From contig OY760907.1 in the NCBI GenBank assembly GCA_963664195.1, positions 3,424,001 to 3,488,000 on the forward strand: a stretch of DNA of 64,000 nucleotides, written 5' to 3'. The number at the start of each line of letters is the position of its first letter. The first letter of the stretch is position 1. Both the position numbers and the translations under genes were made by a program. Source of the stretch: an uncultured candidate division Zixibacteria bacterium (GTDB taxonomy: Bacteria; Zixibacteria; MSB-5A5; GN15; FEB-12). Of this stretch, positions 40,851-55,012 are shown in pieces. The notes under the pieces are model-generated. The model was given only the letters and a program-made list of their open reading frames with translations, was not told the DNA's origin and did not search any database.

Positions 40851-41495
40851 ATGCCACGTCGCAGCTTGATTTCAATTGTCTTTGGTTTGTCAGTCTTGGC
40901 GCTCGCCTGCTCGGCACAGAAACCAGACCATTTCAAGGCAGGAGACGTACTCTTTCAGGATCTGAATTCTCCACAGAGTCAGGCCGTAAAGCTTGCCACC
41001 GGTTCAGAGTTCACGCACTGCGGGATCGTCCTCGAACGCGAGGGTGAACTTGTTGTCTACGAAGCGGTTCAACCCGTGCGCGTAATACCTCTCAAACAAT
41101 GGATCAATCAAGGCGTTGAAGGCCGCGTCGTTTGCAGGAGGGTGAAATCCTCGGGTCTGGATCCGGCGAATCTGGAGAAAATGCGGCTCGTCGCCGAAAG
41201 TCACCTCGGAAAAAACTACGATCTCTATTTCGGTTGGTCCGATGATCGTATGTACTGCTCGGAATACGTCTGGAAGATATATGACCGGGGCCTGGGAGTC
41301 GAGCTGGCAGCACCCCGCAAGCTGGCCGATTACGACCTCTCTCACCCGGCCGTTCAAGCAAAGATGGCCGAACGATACGGTGACGATGTACCGCTTGATG
41401 AGCCGGTCGTGGCACCCTCGGACCTTTATCAATCAACTTTTTTGGAAACAGTCTATGATAGCAAGAGCGGCAAAGAGAAACAAACGGGCGATTGA
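40851..41495 (+). CDS. YiiX/YebB-like permuted papain-like (NlpC/P60) enzyme, lipoprotein
   Basis: GDVLFQ, THCGI, YD..F......YCSE.V. Confidence 0.9.
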   Translation: MPRRSLISIVFGLSVLALACSAQKPDHFKAGDVLFQDLNSPQSQAVKLATGSEFTHCGIVLEREGELVVYEAVQPVRVIPLKQWINQGVEGRVVCRRVKSSGLDPANLEKMRLVAESHLGKNYDLYFGWSDDRMYCSEYVWKIYDRGLGVELAAPRKLADYDLSHPAVQAKMAERYGDDVPLDEPVVAPSDLYQSTFLETVYDSKSGKEKQTGD

Positions 41496-41540
41496 GTCGC
41501 TGCCGACCAAACAGCCGGCAGCACTCTTCACTCGTAGCCG

Positions 41541-41933
41541 TTATTCCTTCTTCAGATATGTAATCAATGACACGGTCCCGCCGGTCGGATCAGTAATCAC
41601 GCTGAACCGTCCAACTTCCGGAATGTCGGTGGGTGGCACGCACACCTTACCACCGAGTTTCTCCACGTGCTTGCAGCTTTCATCGACATTCTCGACCGTA
41701 ATATAGGACATCCAATGAGGCGGTAGGTCTCCCCACTCTTCGGTCATCTGCATCATGCCGCCAACCATTGCCTCGCCGTCTTTGAGTATGGTGTACTTGC
41801 CTCCCGACCCCATATCCATTTCGGCGGTGGTCCAGCCAAGTAGTTTCGTATAGAAGTCACCAGCGGCCTTGGTGTCTTTGGTCGCGAGTTCGTTCCAACT
41901 GAAATGTCCGTGCTTCATGCTATCGTCTGACAT
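41541..41933 (-). CDS. VOC/glyoxalase family protein
   Basis: FSWNELAT.D...A..FY..LLGW; W..YI.V..VD; P.DIP.VGRF....DP.G. Confidence 0.9.
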   Translation of the reverse strand: MSDDSMKHGHFSWNELATKDTKAAGDFYTKLLGWTTAEMDMGSGGKYTILKDGEAMVGGMMQMTEEWGDLPPHWMSYITVENVDESCKHVEKLGGKVCVPPTDIPEVGRFSVITDPTGGTVSLITYLKKE

Positions 41934-42051
41934 GTTCCATTCCTCCGGGTTTGTGTTTGGGCTTTCAAGATGTACGCATATACCCTATAAGGCAATCACA
42001 TACCTCACGGTTCCAGACAAATGTGATCCTGAATAATCACGCCCCGTACAA

Positions 42052-42085
42052 AAGAGCCTGCGAGCAATCTGCTCGCAGGCTCTCT
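42052..42085 (-). terminator. Terminator hairpin
   Basis: AGAGCCTGCGAGCA/TGCTCGCAGGCTCT inverted repeat. Confidence 0.75.
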
Positions 42086-42153
42086 CTGTCCCCCCGACAT
42101 AGCACAACAAGAAAAAGGCGGTCTGTTACGACACGCCCATCACCTTTTACCTT

Positions 42154-42882
42154 CTAAGCCCCCGCTCCCACGATGCACGATCGCGCGGAGTTGCTCGAAT
42201 GCGGGTGTTGATCGACAATCCTGAACTCAAAACCCAACAGAGATTGGTTCTTCAGGTCGCGGTCGCTCGACCAGCCGGTGGTCAGCCTCGCTTTGGATCC
42301 GTTGCTGACGTCCGGAAAAAGCTCCCCGATACTCGCGTCGGCGACTGCAATCTCTTCCGCGCAAACACTCGATTCGTTTGCTATTGAATAGTATATCTTG
42401 AGAAAGGGACGGCTGTCGGCATCTTCGCGACTGGAGAACTCAGCGCGACCGCCGTTCGCGTCCACCTGATCGAGCAACACGCCGAAGTTATCGACGGCAC
42501 CAGTCAGCCAGTCGTCTAACAACGTAGTGACCTCAACAGACATCCACCTGACGGTGTCCGCCACAAACGACTCAACCGACTCGCCGTCGTAGCCGTTGCC
42601 GAAGGTGTTCCAGGTTACTGACTCCTCAGACCAGGGCGCAGTGATGCGCCGGACGTGTATTGTCTGGTTGTTTGCGACCGTCACGTAGAGACACAGAAAC
42701 GCCGAATCAAGTGTCGCGCTGGCGGGTATGCTGACTGCCGACGGCTCGCCCTCGTACGGCTCGAACGACCACTCGCTGTCATGACGGATGACGTCTGATT
42801 CGCGACTGCACCCGGCACCAAGGAGTAGCGTCAGGACTGCAAAAGCACAGAGACAGGTAAAAACGAATAGAAAGTGTTTCAT
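42154..42882 (-). CDS. Lipoprotein with DNRLRE/disaggregatase-like domain
   Basis: Lipobox GAGC; IPASATLDSAFL.L, W.E..VTWN, FSSRE...RP.L.I.Y. Confidence 0.65.
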   Translation of the reverse strand: MKHFLFVFTCLCAFAVLTLLLGAGCSRESDVIRHDSEWSFEPYEGEPSAVSIPASATLDSAFLCLYVTVANNQTIHVRRITAPWSEESVTWNTFGNGYDGESVESFVADTVRWMSVEVTTLLDDWLTGAVDNFGVLLDQVDANGGRAEFSSREDADSRPFLKIYYSIANESSVCAEEIAVADASIGELFPDVSNGSKARLTTGWSSDRDLKNQSLLGFEFRIVDQHPHSSNSARSCIVGAGA

Positions 42883-43207
42883 CCGGGACAAGCTAGGACA
42901 GCTTTGTGACATTTCGATGAAATTCGTGCAAGGCTTCTGCAAAACTACTCCCGACAGAAAAGAGTCACGTCGGATCGCGCCAACAGCTGCCAACAGGGTG
43001 AGCAGTGATGCAAGCCGCGTGCAATACAGCGAGAGTGCCCCCGAAATCCCCCCTTATTGATGGTTGGAGACCCGCTGGAGGCTATCGGCGCGGCGATATT
43101 GTCCAGGCACTGTCGAAGCCTCTTGCGCACAAGGAGCACGCAGTCACTAGAAGTATGTCCGAGGCGGACATATCATCTTGCCTCCAACATAACATTTCCG
43201 CCAAAAG

Positions 43208-43240
43208 AAAAACCCCCTCCACTTTCGTGAAGGGGGTTTC
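43208..43240 (-). terminator. rrn operon terminator
   Basis: AAACCCCCT..CAC/GTG..AGGGGGTTT hairpin just past the 5S gene. Confidence 0.75.
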
Positions 43241-43248
43241 TATTTAAA

Positions 43249-43365
43249 CCCGGCGGCTTTCTACTCTCCCACACCTGCTAGGGTGCAGTACCATCGACGT
43301 TGACAGGCTTAACTACTGTGTTCGAAATGGGAACAGGTGTGACCCTGTCGCTATTGCCACCGAGA
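43249..43365 (-). rRNA. rrf: 5S rRNA
   Basis: Reverse complement has CACCTGTTCCCATTTCGAACACAGTAGTTAAG and GATGGTACTG...GGGAGAGTAG; ends approximate. Confidence 0.93.
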
Positions 43366-43466
43366 ATTTCTTCTCATAGTATTTGATGACTTCGTTAACG
43401 TAACGTATCACCCAATAGGCTACACATTAGTGCAATGTTGCCCAATAATTAAATTTTTAATTTAAT

Positions 43467-46473
<3,007 letters not shown>

Positions 46474-46581
46474 AAAAATCTACTTGAAGAGCATCACTAC
46501 ACATAATTAATGCGCAGCCTATTGGAAGATACAATTTACGTATCATATAAATAATAAACGTAATCAATCAAATACTATGAA

Positions 46582-46594
46582 GTTGTCAAAGAGC
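46582..46594 (-). promoter_or_regulatory. Spacer boxA antitermination site
   Basis: GCTCTTTGACAAC; near-identical to the leader copy at 49549-49561. Confidence 0.7.
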
Positions 46595-46643
46595 GTCGTC
46601 ACCGAAGTGACTCTATGTCAAACCAAAATAGGTTTTCTCGTCT

Positions 46644-46719
46644 TGGTGGAGATGATCGGGATCGAACCGACGACCTGTGGCTTGCAAAGCCACCGCTCTC
46701 CCAACTGAGCTACATCCCC
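46644..46719 (-). tRNA. tRNA-Ala(TGC)
   Basis: GGGGATG acceptor with G3-U70, TTTGCAA anticodon loop, CCA encoded. Confidence 0.97.
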
Positions 46720-46737
46720 AATCGGTCCCAGGCTACA

Positions 46738-47559
46738 TCAAGTCCCCTGGAACTCGAAGACTGCAAGCTGCCCCGAAGGACTCTGCTTGAAGATCTTCCG
46801 CATAACCGAGTCGAAGCCGTACATGATGCGGCCCCAAAGGCCACCGAATACCTGCCAGCGCGCCGGTAATGTCAACGCTTCCCAGCTGAGTATTCCTGCC
46901 CACCGAAGGATGCTGTTAGCAAAGCCTTCCGGCGGAAGCATCATAAAGAAGAGGGGGCGGACTTCGCGAAGTCTAAACCCCGCAGCCGAAAACACCTCTT
47001 TGTACATCTCCAGTGAACGCTTCCGAACGTGCTTCAGCGTTGACCGGGTCTTCGTACCAAAATCATCGGTTATGAAAACTTTTGTCCCCGGCCGGCTCAG
47101 TTTCGCAAGATTCTGCGCCGCCTGGGTAAATCTGCCATACTCCACCATGTGGAACATGACATCAAATATGCTTATATAGTCGTAAGTACCTTCAAGGTTC
47201 AACGCGGGATCAGTTAGATCCCCATGGTGGAAATCGGCTTCAGGATATTGGCTCTTCAAATTCTCGACGGAGACCTCGGTGATATCAACACCGGCCACCG
47301 GAGAGGCACCACGATTGGTCCAATGATCTATAAAGATACCGGTTCCGCAACCTACGTCGAGTGCGGAGCGGCCTTTGATCGGCCAATCGTTAGTTTTGAA
47401 GATACTATCCAACATCTCTATTCTTGCCTTGTAAACCCAGCTGTTATAGGTCGTGCTTCTACGCCTGAAACCAACACCGGCGAGATCAAACTGCTCACCT
47501 AATCTGTTTTTCCAATACGTACCAGCGTCGAACTTCTTAACGGCTTCTCCAGCATTCAC
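46738..47559 (-). CDS. Class I SAM-dependent methyltransferase located in the rRNA spacer
   Basis: Motif I ALDVGCGTG, GVDI, GDL, FDVMFH, L..L.RPG; 273 aa uninterrupted. Confidence 0.88.
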   Translation of the reverse strand: MNAGEAVKKFDAGTYWKNRLGEQFDLAGVGFRRRSTTYNSWVYKARIEMLDSIFKTNDWPIKGRSALDVGCGTGIFIDHWTNRGASPVAGVDITEVSVENLKSQYPEADFHHGDLTDPALNLEGTYDYISIFDVMFHMVEYGRFTQAAQNLAKLSRPGTKVFITDDFGTKTRSTLKHVRKRSLEMYKEVFSAAGFRLREVRPLFFMMLPPEGFANSILRWAGILSWEALTLPARWQVFGGLWGRIMYGFDSVMRKIFKQSPSGQLAVFEFQGT

Positions 47560-47625
47560 CGGGTTAACGTTTTCCGAAGGCTAGCTTCGGCCTTTTCTTT
47601 TCCACCTTCCAGGCCACCGTTACAA

Positions 47626-47702
47626 TGGTGGGCCTGATTGGAGTTGAACCAATGACCTCGCGCTTATCAGGCGCGCGCTCTAACCAACTGAGCTACAGGC
47701 CC
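47626..47702 (-). tRNA. tRNA-Ile(GAT)
   Basis: GGGCCTG acceptor, CTGATAA anticodon loop, CCA encoded. Confidence 0.97.
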
Positions 47703-47838
47703 ATTGGAGGGACTTACATCGCCCAAAGGCGATAAAATTTATATCTAAATAGCCAGCTAAAGATCAAAAACTTGGTCGGAGTAATAACATGTCGCGTCGA
47801 CCTAGGTAAGTGTCAATAAAGACACACCGTACTCCTTA

Positions 47839-49391
<1,553 letters not shown>

Positions 49392-49548
49392 ATATTACGA
49401 AAAATAAATATCCCATGACTTCACGTACGAACGTACGCGTTTTGTTCATGATTTACAAAAATGGTCTCGAATCTTAACAAAGCTAAGATTTCGAAGACCC
49501 GCGACATGAAAACAAGAAACAAATTCTTGTCTTCAGCGTGGCTATTTA

Positions 49549-49561
49549 GTTGTCAAAGAAC
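49549..49561 (-). promoter_or_regulatory. Leader boxA
   Basis: GTTCTTTGACAAC about 50 nt downstream of the rrn promoter. Confidence 0.7.
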
Positions 49562-49611
49562 TAAGTTCGTTCCGAAAAAAAACCGCCAGACGCTTTGTCT
49601 AGCAGGTGCCT

Positions 49612-49640
49612 AGGGTAAAGACAAAGCCGACATCTGTCAA
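49612..49640 (-). promoter_or_regulatory. rrn promoter
   Basis: TTGACA-N17-TACCCT with an upstream A/T-tract (UP-like) region. Confidence 0.6.
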
Positions 49641-50022
49641 GGGCAATTTTCAAAAAAATGCATCTTTTTTTAGGCGCCCCTAATCACCTGAGACACAACG
49701 ACTTTACTCACACCTTTCCCGCTAGTACACTATCGACAGCCAGTTTCCTTTCTTTAGCTTTCGTTCTAAAGTCCTCCAAGAGGCCTCAAACGTCCCGCCA
49801 AAACATCCCATCTGAACGCTCCCCCATCGCTGTTCTTGCGCTCATCATGATCTTGCCTACCCACTTCACGTTGACGACAATCGTGCAGACGGATACTCAG
49901 ACAAGAGATTCTACGCACCGACGGACTTCATAGTGGGAACATTCTGGCTGGACAGTCTGCCTATTTGCATTATAATGTAGAGGTCAGGATCACGCCACCG
50001 TTTTCAGGAGGTTTTCAGCGTT

Positions 50023-50364
50023 TTGCTCGTTGTCTCAGACTCCGCACGCATGGAATTGAGCCGTCTCCAGGCCGCTGACGAGGCTTGTGGCAAACGATTC
50101 GTCATCCAGTTTCGGGGGCACGGCTGAAGCGGCCCGTATTTACGCCTGGCCCTGGAAGAGTCAGTTCAAGACCTTGAGAAGCTCTCTCATAATAGCATTT
50201 CGGTGTACCTGGATCCTCGTCTGAAGGCATACATGAGAGACGTCGGCGGCATCTACATAGACTACGTGGACCGATGGCCCTCTGATAGTGGCATTCTTGT
50301 CAGATCAGGGCGCCAGGTTCACGGTTTCCCCTGCGGGAGTGAGTGCGACAAACCAGATTCCTGA
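50023..50364 (+). CDS. HesB/IscA-like selenoprotein 1 (Sec35; TGA at 50125-50127)
   Basis: AGGAGG RBS, TTG start; MLVVSDSARMELSRL...FRGHG-U-SGPYLRLALEE...YLDPRL...IYIDYV...PCGSEC; homology to the paralogue continues across the TGA. Confidence 0.75.
50146..50164 (+). promoter_or_regulatory. Putative SECIS hairpin 1
   Basis: CTGGCCC-TGGAA-GAGTCAG; 25 nt lie between the TGA and the loop. Confidence 0.55.
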
Positions 50365-50488
50365 GTACTCTTTCATCCCGGCTGGAACAATCATTACTTT
50401 TCCAATGTTTTTCCTACTCAGATGAATCATTTTTGCTATATTCCGATCAAATGAGAAAATGAGAAACTTGAAAAGGATAGACAACACA

Positions 50489-50809
50489 ATGCTTGTAGTA
50501 TCAGACCTTGCAAAAGAGAACCTTCAGAAGGTCCTTGAGTCGGATCAAGCCAAGGGCAAGAACTTGATCATATTCTTCCAGGGTCACGGCTGAGGCGGGC
50601 CCACTTTGGGCATGGCTCTGGATGAGTCAACCGATGGTCTTGAGAATCTGGAAGCGAACGGTATCTCGGCGTATATCGATCCGAAACTTCACGTGGAATT
50701 GAAGAAAATCGGCGATATCAACATTGATTACGTCGTGCAGCCCGGCGGAGCCGGCTACACGATCCGCGCCGGAGAGCCGAGCGATTGCGGCGGCTGCACC
50801 AGCTGCTAG
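50489..50809 (+). CDS. HesB/IscA-like selenoprotein 2 (Sec35; TGA at 50591-50593)
   Basis: MLVVSDLAKENLQKVL...FQGHG-U-GGPTLGMALDE...YIDPKL...INIDYV...CGGCTSC; matches the G-U-GGP.LGMALDE motif of HesB-like selenoproteins. Confidence 0.85.
50613..50629 (+). promoter_or_regulatory. Putative SECIS hairpin 2
   Basis: TGGCTC-TGGAT-GAGTCA; 25 nt lie between the TGA and the loop. Confidence 0.65.
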
Positions 50810-50837
50810 CCGAGTCGAACGTACTCGATAGACATCG

Positions 50838-50867
50838 AAGGCCGACCTTTCACGGGGTCGGCCTTTT
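50838..50867 (+). terminator. Terminator after the selenoprotein pair
   Basis: AAGGCCGACC/GGTCGGCCTT stem plus T-tract. Confidence 0.8.
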
Positions 50868-51025
50868 GCTATTAATCAAGTCATGCTGAGCCTGTCGAAG
50901 CGTGCACCTCATCCATGGACACAGAGCCGGTACGTAGTCTGGACCAACGACACCCCGACAGGGGCAACTTTGTCTGAGATAAGGTCTTGACTTGTAGCAA
51001 CAAATGTATAATATGGGAGGACTTT

Positions 51026-51099
51026 GCCGGGGTAGCTCAGTTGGTTAGAGCACCAGATTGTGGATCTGGGGGTCGAGCGTTCAAATCGCTCCCCCGGTA
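51026..51099 (+). tRNA. tRNA-His(GTG); no encoded G-1, A73, CCA not encoded
   Basis: GCCGGGG/CCCCGGT acceptor, CCAGA-TTGTGGA-TCTGG anticodon arm, GAGCG-TTCAAAT-CGCTC T-arm. Confidence 0.93.
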
Positions 51100-51218
51100 T
51101 AGATTTTTCCACGCAGTCCTCTCCCCCATATTTCAGCGAGAATCACACGAATCCAACATAGAAGCGGCCACCCCGTTACCAGAATGACCGCTGAGTGTTC
51201 GAATTATGCCGTTGTCGC

Positions 51219-53605
51219 TTACGGACACGGCGGAAGCGGCGTCAGGCTTATGAACAAGTGGTCAATGAGAATCGTGAGATCGCCCATGGTGACCAAGCCA
51301 TCCACGCTCAAATCAACGTTGCCCTCCTCCGGGCAATTGAGAGGATCAAGACTGATAAATAAGTGATCGATCAGAACCGTCAGATCGCCCATGGTGACCA
51401 GGTTGTCAGGACTGGCATCGACATTGCCCAGCGTGGGGCCGGTGCAGCAGCAAACATTGCCTATACCATCGCGGTCGTTGTCCTCCTGCTCGGGATATCC
51501 TGGGTTGAATACTGAGGGACAGTTGTCGGGGTGATCCAGAACGAATTCCAACTGTTGATCACAGCCGACTATCGTACTGTCATCCGTGCCCCAGCCATCC
51601 CCGTCTTCATCGATATACCACACTGTCTCCGGATGTTGGCGGGGGTCAGTATCATCGCAGTCTCCCCCAGCGAGGACATAGCCAACCGGCTGCTCACACT
51701 GCATCAAACTCGAATCCGGGTTGCCAAACGTATCCAAATCAGCGTCGAGGAACCACTCCGTGGCGGGACCGATCTCGGCATTCGAGTCATCGCAATCGGT
51801 TCCGGGAACAATCGGTGGAGATACTTGATCGTCACCATAGTCATCTCCGTCGGCATCAGTCATGCAGGCTTCAGGATCATCTAGCGGTGCCGCACCCGGA
51901 TGAGTATTTGAATCACTATCATCGCAGTCATCGCCGCCGACAACCAACGGATCACCGTCCCAGCCACCGGCGTCGATTTCGCATTCTACGTAACCGTCAC
52001 CATCGTTGTCGATTTCCCCCTCAGGTATTCCATCCACACCATCGTTGTCGAGTCCATCGCATAACTCTGGAGCTCCCGGATACACGGTAGAGTCAGCGTA
52101 GCGAGAAGGCCGTCAGGATCACAAACTGCGCCGTAACCATCCTCATCAACATCGACTTGGTCAGTGTTTGCTGTCTCAGGACAATTGTCACAACCGTCGG
52201 GGACGGTGTCGCCATCAGAGTCAGCCAAATCATCGTAACCGGGACAAGCATCGCAACCGTCTGGAACACCGTCAGAGTCAGCATCATCGGCATCATCAAA
52301 CCCGGCACAGACATCACAAAAATCGCCGGCACCATCCCCGTCTACGTCAGTCTGCTCCGGATTGAAGATGTCCGGACAGTTGTCTTCGCTGTCGCAGATC
52401 CAATCGCCATCAACGTCGGCGCAATCCATCTTCCATTGAGCAATGTTGTTGACGGGGCTGCCTCCCGCCGTTGTGAACTCCCCACAGGCTATCAGAGCGC
52501 TGTCATAGACGACAAGCCCTCTCACAGGGCCATTCACGCCCGCCCCAAACGGCGCCCAAGTTTCGCCGGTCCACCAGGCAATCCTGTTGACCTCGACACC
52601 GTCGGCATGAGTGAAGTGCCCGGCTACCACCAATCTGCCATTGTACATCGTGAAAGCCCCTACTAAACCGTCCATACCGGACCCTCCAAACGATGACCAC
52701 TCTGAGCCGTTCCACGCCGCAATTCTGCTGGCGGGGACACCGCCCGCATACTCGAAACTGCCGCCTACGATCAACAAACTATCGTACTCTTGAAGAACCT
52801 GCACACAGCTGCCATTCGTGCCAGACCCTAGTGAGTCCCAAGATGCACCGTCCCAACTTGCGATGTGGTTGACAGTTGTCCCGCCAGCTCTCATGAATAC
52901 GCCGCCGGCATAGAGTTCTCCCTGGTACTCAGTCGCTGCCAGCGCGTATGCACCCCATTGCGGATCCCCATCTGGATCACTGAAGCCAGAACCAAGGGAA
53001 GCCCACGATGATCCACACCATTTCGCGATATAGTTGGCGGGAACTCCGCCGGCAGAAGTAAACATTCCTCCGGCGACCAGACAGTCGTCGTACACTGTCA
53101 TTCGAAGCACAAAGTCGTTGACCCCGCCAGAAACGTGGAACCACGTGTTTGAGTATCCATCCCATCCAGCAATTCCGTGTGTCATACTGTTGTCGTAGTG
53201 GAAATTGAAACCACCACCTACATACAATTGACCCTGGTACTCTTGTAGGGCAGATATGGTATAGGTGAAGTTGGCCGTTCCCATACGGGACCATGAAGTT
53301 CCGTCCCAAGCCGCAATACGGTTGACCTCAACACCATCCGCGTGGGTGAAGGTCCCACCGGCGATCAACTTCCCCTGATACACGGCCACCGCACAAACAA
53401 GTCCGTTCGTGCCACTCCCGACACTGGACCAAAAGGCGTCGTTCGATCGCCCGAAGGCAACATCCTGCACATCGGTCTGATTCGAACCTCCGTTCCGATC
53501 ATCATTTGCTCCATCGACAGTTCCTTGATCTGAAGCAGACGTCGCCACTGATAACAGCAAACACACTGCCATAATCGCTCCGACTAGCGTTACAACTTTC
53601 CTCAT
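51219..53605 (-). pseudogene. Secreted beta-propeller + thrombospondin type-3/MopE-like Ca-binding repeats + dockerin tail; frame broken near 52095-52118
   Basis: Signal peptide at 53605; L.AGG.F..AGG....IA.W.G..W repeats; D.DGDG..D.CD.C repeats continue in a second frame (ADSTVYPGAPELCDG) to the dockerin at 51222-51449. Confidence 0.75.
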
Positions 53606-53751
53606 AAGACCCTCTCCCGCATACGTGTAAACTGCCAGAGGCAGGTACGATTTGACAAGACCAACCAACGCAAGCGGCCGTCTCCGACGCACATCAGCGA
53701 CGTCGCAGCCTTGGCAGTGTTGTCCTTCGAATGTATTGGTGTACTCAATCC

Positions 53752-53780
53752 ATAATAGCACACACGCAGAAAAGTGTCAA
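53752..53780 (-). promoter_or_regulatory. Sigma70-like promoter
   Basis: TTGACA-N17-TATTAT with TG extension. Confidence 0.65.
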
Positions 53781-53835
53781 CTCTATTATGGAGATATTAG
53801 TGATGTGATTGCAGACTGCAAACGGGGGTTAGCCC

Positions 53836-54651
53836 CTACCGGCAGCCGACACCACCGACCTGGATGTCCCCCGAAACAACCTGGACCGTCGACTCTTTCC
53901 CGCATCGCCAGCAGAATTCGTAGTTGAGTTGGAAACTGTAAGGGACGTTCTCACCGTCGACCTTCGGAGGGAAAAAGATGCTGTTCTGCAAAGCGCTCTT
54001 CAGCGACTGTGCGAATCCAAGCCCCGGCGGGTCCTCGACTATGACATCGAACTCCTTCAGCCGTCCGGACCGGTCCGCGCTCACGATCATCACCACCGTC
54101 CCCGGACTCTCGCCCGCCTCTCTCGGATAGATGACCTTCGCCATTTCCAGAATTGGCGACTGTGTGATCTTTCGAGTTTTCGGCATCCCCGGCAAATCCC
54201 ACTTTCGCTCGCTCGGAGTTGACGCTTCGATATCCATCAGACTCGGTGCTCCCGGGAGGCCGTCGCCCCAATCGTCGCCCGTGCCGTACATGCCCGGAGA
54301 GTCACCATAGGTGGGATACCCGGCAAACAACGACAAGTCAATATCCGGATCGAAAACGGAGACACTCTCACTCCCGACCGGGCCTGTCCATGAGACAACA
54401 TCCTGCTCCATGACTCTATACCCGTGAAACCCCGCAAACCCCTGGTGTTCGCGATATTCCTGAGGCCGCAAATCCGGAGGGTTCATCCCTCCCGCTTTTC
54501 TGGCGGTCGTCCCGGAGCCGTCTTCGCCCGGTACCACGGTCGGGCAGGCTTGCTCTTGCACAGACCTCGGACCAATACCCGGAACGAAACCCGCTATATA
54601 GACAGCGGCCGTAGCGGCGATAAACAGCGTCAACGAGATCGCCTTCAGCAT
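53836..54651 (-). CDS. TonB C-terminal-domain-like protein
   Basis: N-terminal TM, Pro/Gly-rich linker, YP.EA....G.V......G......V....P.GLGF.......FFPP.VDG..V. Confidence 0.65.
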   Translation of the reverse strand: MLKAISLTLFIAATAAVYIAGFVPGIGPRSVQEQACPTVVPGEDGSGTTARKAGGMNPPDLRPQEYREHQGFAGFHGYRVMEQDVVSWTGPVGSESVSVFDPDIDLSLFAGYPTYGDSPGMYGTGDDWGDGLPGAPSLMDIEASTPSERKWDLPGMPKTRKITQSPILEMAKVIYPREAGESPGTVVMIVSADRSGRLKEFDVIVEDPPGLGFAQSLKSALQNSIFFPPKVDGENVPYSFQLNYEFCWRCGKESTVQVVSGDIQVGGVGCR

Positions 54652-55012
54652 GTTCGGTTGGTAGGCGCGTTTATGTTCGTGGAGCAGGCACAGACTGGTG
54701 CTGGGGGAGTATTTTTGTCCGGTCATCGCGGCAAAGTCCTATGAGAGAGAGAGTTCCGAGAGGGCACGTTCTGTCCCTTTCATATCGTCATTAGATTGAC
54801 GAGCGGCAGGGCTATCTGTTCATAAAATAGTCACTTGAATTGGCCCGGATCGTGTCCGTAAGATCGTGATAGATTCTGACACTTTGGGCGCTCAGGTACT
54901 TGCCTCGCCCGGAAGATTGTATTCCTTTGGGTCAAGACAAAGAGGACGCCGCTGGCAGGTTTGCACGACTTCTCGGTCCCACGCGGCTGGGTGTTAATTT
55001 AAGGGGGACGCC

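Noticed and set aside
43046..43068. CCCCCCTTATTGATGGTTG, similar to 15531-15546
   Set aside because: I could not find an enclosing stem or promoter; the similarity may be chance.
50023..50809. Genome-wide UGA reassignment (code 4/25) or nonsense pseudogenes as the explanation for the in-frame TGAs
   Set aside because: Many conserved genes end in TGA, and the identical codon position plus hairpins in both paralogues favour selenocysteine.
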